Shown in pieces: positions 1-12,310 of a stretch of 64,000 bases of DNA; the stretch's first letter is position 1; each line of letters begins with the position of its first letter. The DNA comes from the human T2T-CHM13v2.0 reference genome, Homo sapiens, in the NCBI RefSeq assembly GCF_009914755.1, contig NC_060944.1, one strand, 5' to 3'. Both the position numbers and the translations under genes were made by a program. Below the pieces are notes generated by a model. It ran no database searches and was not told the origin of the DNA. It was given only the letters and a program-made list of their open reading frames with translations.

Positions 1-1214
1 ATGGAATGCAATGGAATGGAATCAACTCAAGTACAATGGAATGGAATGGAACGGAATGCAAAGGAATGGAATTGAGTGGAATCAACACGAGTGGAATTGA
101 ATGGAATGGAATTGAATGGAATGTAATGGAAGGGAATGGAATGGATCGGAATCAACTAGAATGGAATGGAATGGAATGGAATGGAATGGAATGGAATGGA
201 ATCAACCCGAGTGGAATGCAATGGAATGGAATCGAGTGGGATAGAATGGAGTGGAATGGAGTCAAAGTGACTGGAATGGAATGGAATGGAATTGAATAGA
301 ATACAATGGAATGAAATGGAATGAACCCGAGTGGAATGCAATGGAATGGAACGTAATGGAATGTAAAGGAATGGAATGGAATGGAATGGAATGGAATGGA
401 ATCAACCCGAGGGCAGTGGAATGGAATGGAATGGCATGGAATGGAATGGAATGGAATGGAGTGGAATCAACACGAGTGGAATGGAATGGAATGGAATGGA
501 ATGGAATGGAATGGAATCAACTATAATGGAATGGTATGGAATGGATGAAATGGAATGGAATGGAATGGAATGGAATGGAATGGAGTGGAATCAACCCGAG
601 TGGAAAGGAATGGAATGTAATGGAATGGAATGGAATGGAATCAGCTGGAATGGGATGGTATGAAATGGAATGGAATGGAACGGAACAGTATGGAAAGGAA
701 AGGAATGGAATGAAATGGAAAGGAACGGAATGGAATCAACACGATCGTAATTGAATGGAATGGACTGGAAAGGAATTGAATCAACACGAGTGGAACACAA
801 TGGAATGTAACGGAATTGAATGGAATGGAACGAAATGCAAAGGAGTGGAATCAACCCGATTGGAATGGAATGGAATGGATTGGAATGGAATGGAATGGAA
901 TGGAATGGAATGGAATGGAATGGAGTCAACACGATTGGAATACAATGAAATGGAATGGTGTGGAATTTAATCAACACGTGTGCAATGGAATGGAAGGGCA
1001 TGCAATGCAATGGAATGAAATGCAATGCAATGCAATGAAAAGCAATGGAATCAAACCGAGTGGAAATGAATGGAATGGAATGGAATGCAATGGATTGGAA
1101 TCAAGTCGAGTACAATGGAATGGAATGGAATGGAATGCAATGGAATGGAATGGAGTGGAATCAACCCGAGTGGAATGGAATGGAATGGAATGGAATGGAA
1201 TGGAATGGAATGGA

Positions 1215-1570
1215 ATGCAATGGAGGGGAAGGGAATGCAATGGAATCAATTGCAATTGAATGGTATCGAATGGAAAGGAATGGAATGGAATGGAATGGAA
1301 TGGAATGGAATGGAATGGAATTAACGCGAGTTGAATGCAATGGAATGGAACGGAATGGAATGGAGTGGAATGGAATGGGATGGAATGGAATGGAATGGAA
1401 TGCAATGGAGGGGAAGGGAATGCAATGGAATCAATTGCAATTGAATGGTATCGAATGGAATGGAATGGAATGGAATGGAATTAACGCGAGTTGAATGCAA
1501 TGGAATGGAACGGAATGGAATGGAGTGGAATGGAATGGGATGGAATGGAATGGAGTTGAATGGAATAGAA
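1215..1570 (+). repeat. Local ~160-185-bp tandem duplication
   Basis: TGGAGGGGAAGGGAATGCAATGGAATCAATTGCAATTGAATGGTATCGAAT at 1221 and 1406. TTAACGCGAGTTGAAT at 1321 and 1481. Confidence 0.88.
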
Positions 1571-2489
1571 TCAACGCGATTGCATTGGAATGCAATGGAA
1601 TGGAATAGAATGGATTGGAATGAAATGGAATGAACCCGAGTGGAATGCAACGGAATGGAACGGAATGGAATGGAATGGAATGGAATTGAATGGAATGGAA
1701 TCCACCCGACTGCAATGGAGTGAAATGGAATGGAATGGAATGGAATGGAAGGAAACGGAATGGAATGGATTGGAGTCAACCCGAATGGAAAGGAATGGAA
1801 TGGAATAGAATGGAATGGAATGGAATGGAATGGAATCACCTGGATTTCAAAGGTGTTTAATGGAATGGAAGGGAATTCAATGGAATGGAATGGAGTGGAA
1901 TCAACCCCAGTGAAATGGAATGGAACGGAATGGAAAGAATGGAATGGAGTCACCTGGAATGACATGGTATTTAATGACATGGATAGGAATGGAATGGAAT
2001 GGAAACAACCAGAGTGCAATTCAATGGAATGGAACGGAACGGAATGGAAGGAACGTAATGGAATTGAATGGAGTCAAGGCGATTGGAATGAAATGGAATG
2101 GAACTCAATGGAAAGGAATGGAATGGAATGGAATCAATCCAAGTGGAATGGAATGGATTGGATTGGAATGTTAAGGAATTGAAATGAGAGGGATCAAACC
2201 GAGTGGAATGGAATGGAATGGAATCGAATGGAATGAGACGGAATGGAATGGAATGAAACGTAATGCAAGGGAACAGAATGGAATGGAATCAACTGAAATG
2301 GAATGGTATGGAATGCAATGGAATGGAATGAATAAACCCGAGTGCAATGGAATGAGTGGAATGGAATGGAATGGAATGGAAATGAGTGGAACGGAATGGA
2401 ATCACCGCGATTGGAATGGAATGGAATGGAATGGAATCAAAAAAAGAGGAATGGAATGGAATGGAATGGAATGGAATGGAATGGAATGG

Positions 2490-4520
2490 AATGGAATGGA
2501 ATCAACCCGAGTGGAATGGAAAGGAATGGAAAGAATGGAATGGAATGGAATGGAATGGAATGGAATCAATCCAAGAGGAAAGGAATGGAATCGAATGGGA
2601 TAGAATGGAGTGGAATCACCCAAGGGGAATGGAATGGAATGGAGTGGAAAGGAATCAACAGGAATGGAATGGAATGAATTGGAATGGAATGGAATGGAAT
2701 GGAATGGAATGGAATGGAATGGAATGGAATGGAAAGGAATCAAGCCGAGTAGAATAGAATGCAATGGAATGGAAGGGAATGGAATGGAATGGAATGGAAT
2801 GGAATGGAATGGAATGGAGTGGAGTGCAATGGAATGGAATGGAATGGAATGGAGGGGAATGGAATGGAATGGACTGAATCCCAGTGGAAAAGAATGGAAT
2901 GGAATGAAATGGAATGCAATGGAATGAAATGGAATCAACCGTATTGCAATGGAATGGAATGGAACGGAATGGAATGGAATGGAATCAACCCGAGTGTAAT
3001 GGAATGGAAAGGAATAGAATGGAATGAAATGGAATGGAATGGAATGGAATGGAATGGAATGGAATGGAATGGAATGGAATCAACACGAGTGACATGGAAT
3101 GGAATGGAATGGAATGGGATGGAATGGAATCATCACGAGTGGCATGGAAAGGAATGGAATGGAGTGGAATCGAATGGAATGGAATGGAATAGAAGGGAAT
3201 GGAATGGAATCAAACCAAGTGGAATGCAATGGAATGGAATGGAAAGGAAAGGAATTGAATGGAATGGAATGGAATGGTATGGAATCAACCGTACTGGAAT
3301 GGAATGGAATTGAATGGAATGGAATGAAATCAACCGGATTGGAACGGAATGTAATGTAATGGAAGGGAATGGAATGGAATGGAATCAAACGGACTGGAAT
3401 GCAATGGACTGGAATGGAATTTAATGGAATGGAATGGAATGGAACAGAATGGAATTGAATGGAATGGAATGGAATGGAATCAAACGAGTGGAATGGAATG
3501 GAATTGAATGGAATGGAGAGGAATTAAGACGAATGGAATGGAATGGAATGGAATCAACAGGAATGGAATGGTACAGAAAGGAATGGAATGGAATGTAATG
3601 GATCAACCCGAGTGCAATGGAATGAGTGGAATAGAATAGAATGGAATGCAATGGAATGGAATAGAATCAACTCGAGTGCAATGGAATGGAAGGGAATGCA
3701 ATGCAACGAATTGGAAAGGAATCAACTCGAGTGGAATGGAAAGGACTGGAATGGAATGGAAGAGAATGGAATGGAATCAACCAGAGTGCAATATAATGGA
3801 ATGGAAAGGAACGTAATGGAATGCAATGGAATGGAATGGAATCAACCCGAGTGTATTGGAATGGAAAGGAATGGAATGGAATGAAATGGAATGGAATGGA
3901 ATGGAATGGAATTTAATGGAATCAACACGAGTGGCATGGAATGGAATGGAATGGAATGGAATGGAATGGAATGGAATGAAATGGAATCAACCCGAGTGGA
4001 ATGGAAAGGAATGGAAAGAATGGAATGGAATGGAATGGAATGGAATGGAATGGAATCAATCCAAGAGGAAAGGAATGGAATGGAATGGGATAGAATGTAG
4101 TGGAATCACCCAATTGGAATGGAATGGAATGGAGTGGAATGGAATCAACCAGAATGGAATGGAATGAATTGGAATGGAATGAATTGGAATGGAATGGAAT
4201 GGAATGGAATCAAGCCGAGTAGAATGGAATGCAATGGAATGGAAGGGAATGGAATGGAATGGAATGGAATGGAATGGAGTGGAAAGGACTAAACCCCAGT
4301 GGAAAAGAATGGAATGGAGTGAAATGGAATGCTACGGAATGGAATGGAATCAACCATATTTGAATGGAATGGAATGGAACGGAATGGAATGGAATGGAAT
4401 GGAATGGAATGGAATGGAATGGAATGGAATCAACCAGAGTGTAATGGAATGGAAAGAAATGAAATGGAATGGAGTGGAATGGAATGGAATGGAATCAACA
4501 CGAGTGGCATGGAATGGAAT
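2490..4520 (+). repeat. Diverged ~0.55-kb duplication (about 2490-3090 and about 3980-4510)
   Basis: CAACCCGAGTGGAATGGAAAGGAATGGAAAGAAT...CAATCCAAGAGG...CACCCAA...CAAGCCGAGTAGAAT occurs in the same order at 2503 and 3988 (offset 1485), with multiple substitutions. Confidence 0.8.
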
Positions 4521-5729
4521 GGAATGGAATGGAATGGAAAGGAATGGAATGGAATGGAAAGGAATGGAATGGAATGGAATGGTATCAACACGAGTGGCAT
4601 GAAATGGAATGGAATGGAATGGAATCGAAAGGAATGTAATGGAATCAACCCAAGTGTAATGCAATGGAATGGAATGGAAAGGAATGGAATTGAATGAAAT
4701 GGAGTAAGCACGAATGAAATGGAATGGAATGGAATGGAATGGAATGGTATGGAATGGAATGGTATAGAACAAAAACGAGTGGAATGAAATAGAATAGAAA
4801 GGAATGGAATGGAATGCAATGGAAAAACACGGGTTTAATGGAATGGAATGGAATGGAATTGAAGGGAATGTAATGGGATGGAATGGAATGGAATCAACAC
4901 GAGCGGAATGAAATGGAATTCAATGGAATGGAATGCAATGGATTGGAATGGAATGGAATCAACCTGAGTGGAATGAAATGGAATGGAATTGATTGGAATG
5001 GCATGGAATGGAATGGAATGGAATGGAGTGTAAACAAACCGAGTGGAATGGAATGGAATGGAATGGAGTGTATAAAACCCGAGTGGAATGGAATGGAATG
5101 GAATGGAGTGGAATCAACCCGATCGGAATGGAATGGAATGGAATTGAATGGAATTCAATGGAAGGGAAGGGAATGCAATGGAATCAACTGTAATGGAATG
5201 GTAATGAATGGAATGGAAAGGAATGGAATAGAATCGAATGGAATGGAATGGAGTTGAATGGAATGGAATGGAATGGAATGGAATGGAATGGAATCAACGC
5301 GAGTTGAATGCAATGTAATGGAACGGAATGGAATGGAATGGAATGGAATGGAATGGAATGGAATGGAATGGAATGGAGTGTAATCAACCCGAGTGGAATG
5401 GAATGGAAGGAATGGAATGGAATGGAATGAAATGGAATGGAATGGAATGGAATGGAATGGAATGGAATGGAAACAACACGAGTGGAATGGAATGGAATGG
5501 AATGGAATGGAATGGAATGGAATGGAATGGAGTGTAATCAACACGAGTGGAAAGGAATGGAAGGAATGGAATGGAATGGAATGAAATGGAATGGAATGGA
5601 ATGGAATGCAATGGAAACAACACGAGTAGAATGGAATGGAATGGAATGCAATGGATTGGAATCAAGTCGAGTACAATGGAATGGAATGGAATGGAATGGA
5701 ATGGAATGGAATGGAATGGAATATAATGG

Positions 5730-6560
5730 AATGGAATGGAATTCAATGGAATTAAGCCGAGTGGAATTCAAACGAATGGAATGGAATGGAATGGTTTCAA
5801 CTGGAATGCAATTCATTGGAAAGCAATTGAATGGAATCAACCCGAAAGGAATGTAGTACAATGGAATGGAATGGAATGCAACGGAATGGAATGGAATGGA
5901 ATGGAATGCAAAGGAATGTTATGGAATGGATTGGAATGGAATGGAATGGAACGGAATGGATTCCACATAAGTGGAATGGAATGGAATGGAATGGGAAGGA
6001 TTTGAATGGAATGGAATGGAATGGAATGGAATGGAATGGAATCAAGCGTAACGGAATTGAATGGAAGGCAATGGAATCGAATCAACCCGAAAGGAATGGA
6101 TTACAATTTATTGGAGTGGAAAGGAACGGAATGGAATTGTATGGAATGGAATGGAATCAACACAAGTGGAATGGAATGTAATGTAATGGAGTGGAATGGA
6201 ATGGAATGGAATGGAATGGAATTCTATGGAATAAAGCCGAGTGGAATTGAAAGGAATGGAATGGAATGGAATGGTTTCAACTGGAATGGAATTGATTGGA
6301 ATGCAATTGAATGGAATCAACCCGAAAGGAATGGAGTACAATGGAATGGAATGGAATGGATTAGAATAGAATGGAATGGAATGGAATGGAATGGAATGGA
6401 ATGGAATGGAATGGAATGGAATGGAATGCAAAGGAATGTTATGGAATGGAATGGAATAGAATGGAATGGAATGGAACGGAATCCACATAAGTGGAATGGA
6501 ATGGAATGGAATGGGAAGGAATGGAATGGAATGGAATCAACCCGAAAGGAATGCAGTGGA
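5730..6560 (+). repeat. Diverged duplication with ~480-520 bp offset
   Basis: AAGCCGAGTGGAATT...GGTTTCAACTGG (5793 and 6273)...CAACCCGAAAGG...CCACATAAGT (5963 and 6483). Confidence 0.8.
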
Positions 6561-7860
6561 ATGGAACGGAATGGAATGGAATGGAATGGAATGGAATGGA
6601 ATGGAATGGAATCAACACGATTGGAATGGAATGGAATGGAATCAACCCGAGTGTATTAGAATGGATTGGAATGGAATGGAGTGGAATGGAATCAACAAAA
6701 GTGGAATGGATTGGAATGGAATGGAATGGAATGGAATGGAATGGAATGCAATGGAATGGAATGGAATGGAATGGAATGGAATAGAATCAACCCTAGGGGA
6801 ATGGAATGGATTTGAATGGAATGGAATGGAATGGAAAGGAATCAACCCGAGTGGAAGGGAATGGATTGGAATGGAATGGTAAGGAATGAAATGGAGTGGA
6901 ACGGAATCAATGCGAGTAGAATGGAATGGAATGGAATGGAATGGAATGCAATGGAATCAACAGGAGTGAAATGGAATGGAATGGAATACAATTGAATGGA
7001 ATGTAAAGGAATGGAATGGAATGGTATGGAATCAACAAGAATGGAATGGAATGAAATGGAATGGAATGGAGTGGAATGGAATCAACTGGACTGGAATGGA
7101 ATGGAATGGACTCAACCCGAGTGGAATGGAATGGAATGGAATGTCAACAACCCAAGTGGAATGGAAGGGAATGGAATGGAAAGGAATCGAATGGAATGGA
7201 ATGGAATGGAATGGAATGGAATGGAATGGAATTGAATGGAATTGAATGGAATCGAATCAACCTGAATGGAATGGAATGCAATGGAAGGGAATGGAATGGA
7301 GTGGAATGGAATGGAATGGAATCAACCTGCGTGGAACGGAATGGAATGGAATGAAATGGAATGGAATGGAATGCAATGGAATGGAATGGAATGCAATGGA
7401 ATGGAATGGAATCAACCCGAATGCAATGGAATGCAATGGAGTGGAATGGTTTGGAATCGAACGGAATGGAATGTAATGAAAGATAGTGGAATGGAATGCA
7501 ATGAAATAGCAGGGAATGGAATGTAATGGAATAGAATGGAATGGAATGGAATGAAGCCGAGTGGAATGGATTGGAGTGGAATGGAATGGAATAGAATCAA
7601 CCATAATGGAATGGAATGGAATGCGATGGAATGGAATCAACCCGAAAGGAATGGAACGGAATGAAATGGAATGCAAAGGAATGGAATCAAACCGAGTGGA
7701 ATGGAATGGAGTGGAAAGGAATGAAATGGAATGCAATGGAAAGGAATCAACACGAGTGCAATGGAAAGGATTGGAATGGAAAGGATTGGAATGGAATGGA
7801 ATGGAATGGAGTGCAATCAGAAAGTGTGGAATAGAATGGAATGCTTGCAATGGAACGGAA

Positions 7861-8520
7861 TAGAATGCAATGGAATAGAATGGAATGGTATGGAATAAAT
7901 CCTAGTGGATTGGAATGGAAAGGAATGGAATGGAATGGAATCAACCGGAGTGGAATGGAATAGATTCGAATGGAATGTAATCAAACCAAGTGGAATGGAA
8001 TGCATTGGAATAGAATGGAATGGAATCAACCCAAGTGGAATGGAATGGAATGGAATGGAATGGAATGGAATGGAATGGAATGGAATTGAATGGATAGGAA
8101 TGGAACGGAAAAGAATGGAGTCAACCCGAGTGGAATGGAATGCAATGGATTGGAATGGAATTGAACAGAATGGAGTCAACGCGAGTGGAATAGAATGCAA
8201 TGGAATGGAATGGAATGGTATGGAATAAATTCTAGTGGATTGGAATGGAAAGGAATGGAATGGAATGGAATCAACCGGAGTGGAATGGAATAGATTGGAA
8301 TGGAATGTAATCAAACCAAATGGAATGGAATGCATTGGAATAGAATGGAATGGAATCAACCCAAGGGGAATGGAACGGAATGGAATGGAATGGAATGGAA
8401 TTGAATGGATAGGAATGGAACGGAACAGAATGGAGTCAACCCGAGTGGAATGGAATGCAATGGATTGGAATGGAATGGAACAGAATGGAGTCAACGCGAG
8501 TGGAATGGAATGCAATGGAT
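7861..8520 (+). repeat. 330-bp tandem duplication
   Basis: TAGAATGCAATGGAAT...GGTATGGAATAAAT(C/T)CTAGTGGATT starts at 7861 and 8191. ORFs at 7905 and 8235 are near-identical with offset 330. Confidence 0.9.
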
Positions 8521-8590
8521 AGGAATGGAATGAATGGAATCAACCCGAGTGGAATACAATGGAATGGGATGGAATGGAATGGAATGGAAT

Positions 8591-11500
8591 GGAAAGGAAT
8601 GGAATCAACCCCCGTGGAATGGAATGGAATGGAATGAAATGGAATGCAATGGAATCAACCCGAGAGGAATGGTATGGAATGGAATGGAATGGAATAAATT
8701 GGAATGGAATGGAGTCAACTCGAGTGGAATGGAATGGAATAGAATGGAAGGAAATAGAATGGAATCAACCCCAGTTGATTGCAATGGAATGGAATGGAAT
8801 AGAATGAAATGGAATGCAATCAAACCGAGTGAAATGGGAAGGATTGGAATGGAATGGAATGGAATGCAATGGAATGGAATGGAATGGAATGGAATGGAAT
8901 GGAATGGAATGGAATGGATTGGAATGGAATGGAATCAACCCGATTTGAATGGTATAGAATGGAATGCAACGGAAGGGAATCAATCCAAGTGGAATGGAAT
9001 GGAATGGAATGGAATGGAATGGAATGGAATGCCATGCAATGGAATGGAATGGAGTGGAATGGAATGGAATGGAATGGAATGGAATGGAATGGAATGGATT
9101 GGAATGGAATGTAATCAACCCGATTTGAATGGTATAGAATGGAATGGAACGGAAGGGAATCAATCCAAGTGGAATGGAATGGAATGGAATGGAATGCCAT
9201 GCAATGGAATGGAATGGAATGGAATGGAATGGAATGGAATGGAATGGAATGGAATGGAATGGAATGGAATGGAATGGAATGGAATCAACTTGAATGGAAT
9301 GGAATGCAATAGAACGTAATGTAATGGAAAGGAATGCAATGGAATGCAATCAACACGAATGCAATGGAATGGAACGGAGTGGAATTTATTGGAATCGAAT
9401 GGAATGTAATGTAATGAAAGCAAGTGGAATGGAATTCAATGCAATGCAATAGTGGGGAATGTAATGTAATATAATAGAATGGAATGGAATGGAATGGAAC
9501 GGAATGGAATTGAATGGAATGGAATGGAATGGAATCCTCCCGCGTTGAATGGAATGGAAAGAAATGGAATGAAGTGAAATGGATTGGAATGGAATGGAAT
9601 GGAATGGAAAGGAATCAACCCGAGTGGAATGGAATGGAATGGAATGGAGTGGAATGGAATGGGATGGAATGGAATGGAGTGGAATGGAATGGGGTGGAAT
9701 GGAATCAATCCTACTGGAATGGAATGGAATGGGATGGAAAGGAATGGAGTGGAATGAAATGAAATGAAATGGAATCAACCCGAGTGGCATGGAATGGAAT
9801 GGAATGGAATGGAATGAAATGAAATTAAATGGAATCAACCCGAGTGGCATGGAATGGAATGGAATGGAATGGAATGGAATGGAATGGAATAAAATGGAAT
9901 GAAATCAACCCTAGTAGAATGGAATGGAATGGAATGGAATGGAATGGAATGGAATGGAATGGAATAGAATCAACGTGAGTGGAGTGGAATAGATTCAAAT
10001 GGAATACAATGGAATGGAATGCAATGGAATGGAATGGAATGGAATCAACAGGAGAGGAATGGAATGGAATGGAATGGCTTTGAATGGAATGGAATGGAAT
10101 GGAATGGAATTTAATCAAATGGAATGGAATGGAATGGAATGGAATGCAATCAACATGTGTGGAATGCAATGGAACAGAATGGAATGGAATGTAAAGGAAT
10201 GGAATGGAATGGAATCTAATTGAATCAAACCAAGTGGAATGGAATGAAATGTAATGGAATGCAATGGAATGGAATGAAATGGAATGGAATGGAATGGAAT
10301 GGAATGGAAGGCAGTTTAATGGAATGGAATGGAATGGAATCACCCCGAGTGGAATGGGAAGAAATGGAATAAAATGGAATCAACCAGAGTGGAATAGAAT
10401 GGAATGAAATGGAATACAATGGAATCGAATCAAACCGACTGCAATGGAATGGAATGGAATGGAATGGAATGGAATGGAATGGAATGGAAAGGAATGGAAT
10501 CAACCCCCGTGGAATGGAATGGAATGGAATGAAATGGAATGCAATGGAATCAACCCGAGAGGAATGGTATGGAATGGAATGGAATGGAATAAATTGGAAT
10601 GGAATGGAGTCAACTCGAGTGGAATGGAATGGAATAGAACGGAAGGAAATAGAATGGAATCAACCCCAGTTGATTGCAATGGAATGGAATGGAATAGAAT
10701 GAAATGGAATGCAATCAAACCGAGTGAAATGGGAAGGATTGGAATGGAATGGAATGGAATGCAATGGAATGGAATGGAATGGAATGGAATGGAATGGAAT
10801 GGAATGGAATGGATTGGAATGGAATGTAATCAACCCGATTTGAATGGTATAGAATGGAATGCAACGGAAGGGAATCAATCCAAGTGGAATGGAATGGAAT
10901 GGAATGGAATGGAATGGAATGGAATGGAATGGAATGGAATGCCATGCAATGGAATGGAATGGAGTGGAATGGAATGGAATGGAATGGAATGGAATGGAAT
11001 GGAATGGATTGGAATGGAATGTAATCAACCCGATTTGAATGGTATAGAATGGAATGGAACGGAAGGGAATCAATCCAAGTGGAATGGAATGGAATGGAAT
11101 GGAATGCCATGCAATGGAATGGAATGGAATGGAATGGAATGGAATGGAATGGAATGGAATCAACTTGAATGGAATGGAATGCAATAGAACGTAATGTAAT
11201 GGAAAGGAATGCAATGGAATGCAATCAACACGAATGCAATGGAATGGAACGGAGTGGAATTTATTGGAATCGAATGGAATGTAATGTAATGAAAGCAAGT
11301 GGAATGGAATTCAATGCAATGCAATAGTGGGGAATGTAATGTAATATAATAGAATGGAATGGAATGGAAAGGAACGGAATGGAATTGAATGGAATGGAAT
11401 GGAATGGAATCCTCCCGCGTTGAATGGAATGGAAAGGAATGGAATGAAGTGAAATGGATTGGAATGGAATGGAATGGAATGGAAAGGAATCAACCCGAGT

Positions 11501-12310
11501 GGAATGGAATGGAATGGAATGGAGTGGAATGGAATGGGATGGAATGGAATGGAGTGGAATGGAATGGGGTGGAATGGAATCAATCCTACTGGAATGGAAT
11601 GGAATGGGATGGAAAGGAATGGAGTGGAATGAAATGAAATGAAATGGAATCAACCCGAGTGGCATGGAATGGAACGGAATGGAATGGAATGGAATGGAAT
11701 GGAATGGAATGGAATAAAATGGAATGAAATCAACCCTAGTAGAATGGAATGGAATGGAATGGAATGGAATGGAATGGAATGGAATAGAATCAACGTGAGT
11801 GGAGTGGAATAGATTCAAATGGAATACAATGGAATGGAATGCAATGGAATGGAATGGAATGGAATCAACAGGAGAGGAATGGAATGGAATGGAATGGCTT
11901 TGAATGGAATGGAATGGAATGGAATGGAATTTAATCAAATGGAATGGAATGGAATGGAATGGAATGCAATCAACATGTGTGGAATGCAATGGAACAGAAT
12001 GGAATGGAATGTAAAGGAATGGAATGGAATGGAATCTAATTGAATCAAACCAAGTGGAATGGAATGAAATGTAATGGAATGCAATGGAATGGAATGGAAT
12101 GGAATGGAATGGAATGGAATGGAAGGCAGTTTAATGGAATGGAATGGAATGGAATCACCCCGAGTGGAATGGGAAGAAATGGAATAAAATGGAATCAACC
12201 AGAGTGGAATAGAATGGAATGAAATGGAATACAATGGAATCGAATCAAACCGACTGCAATGGAATGGAATGGAATGGAATGGAATGGAATGGAATGGAAT
12301 GGAATGGAAT
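8591..12310 (+). repeat. ~1.85-kb tandem duplication (A0-B)(A-B') that predates the 6.9-kb amplification
   Basis: CAACCCCCGT at 8606 and 10501 (offset 1895). CAACGTGAGT at 9971 and 11791 (offset 1820). Rare motifs CCTCCCGCGT, GCAATAGTGGGG and GGCTTTGAAT are all duplicated. Confidence 0.93.
8900..9280 (+). repeat. ~180-bp tandem duplication inside module A
   Basis: CAACCCGATTTGAATGGTATAGAAT...CAATCCAAGT...GCCATGCAAT at 8936 and 9116. Present in every A copy (e.g. 10831 and 11026). Confidence 0.9.

Noticed and set aside
8591-12310. Assignment of the ~1.8-kb period to a known 1.8-kb satellite unit (e.g. chromosome 15 D15Z1 or chromosome 1 HSat2)
   Set aside because: It is only a two-copy local duplication of 1.8-1.9 kb, and size coincidence is not evidence. 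Alignment to the reference units would be needed.
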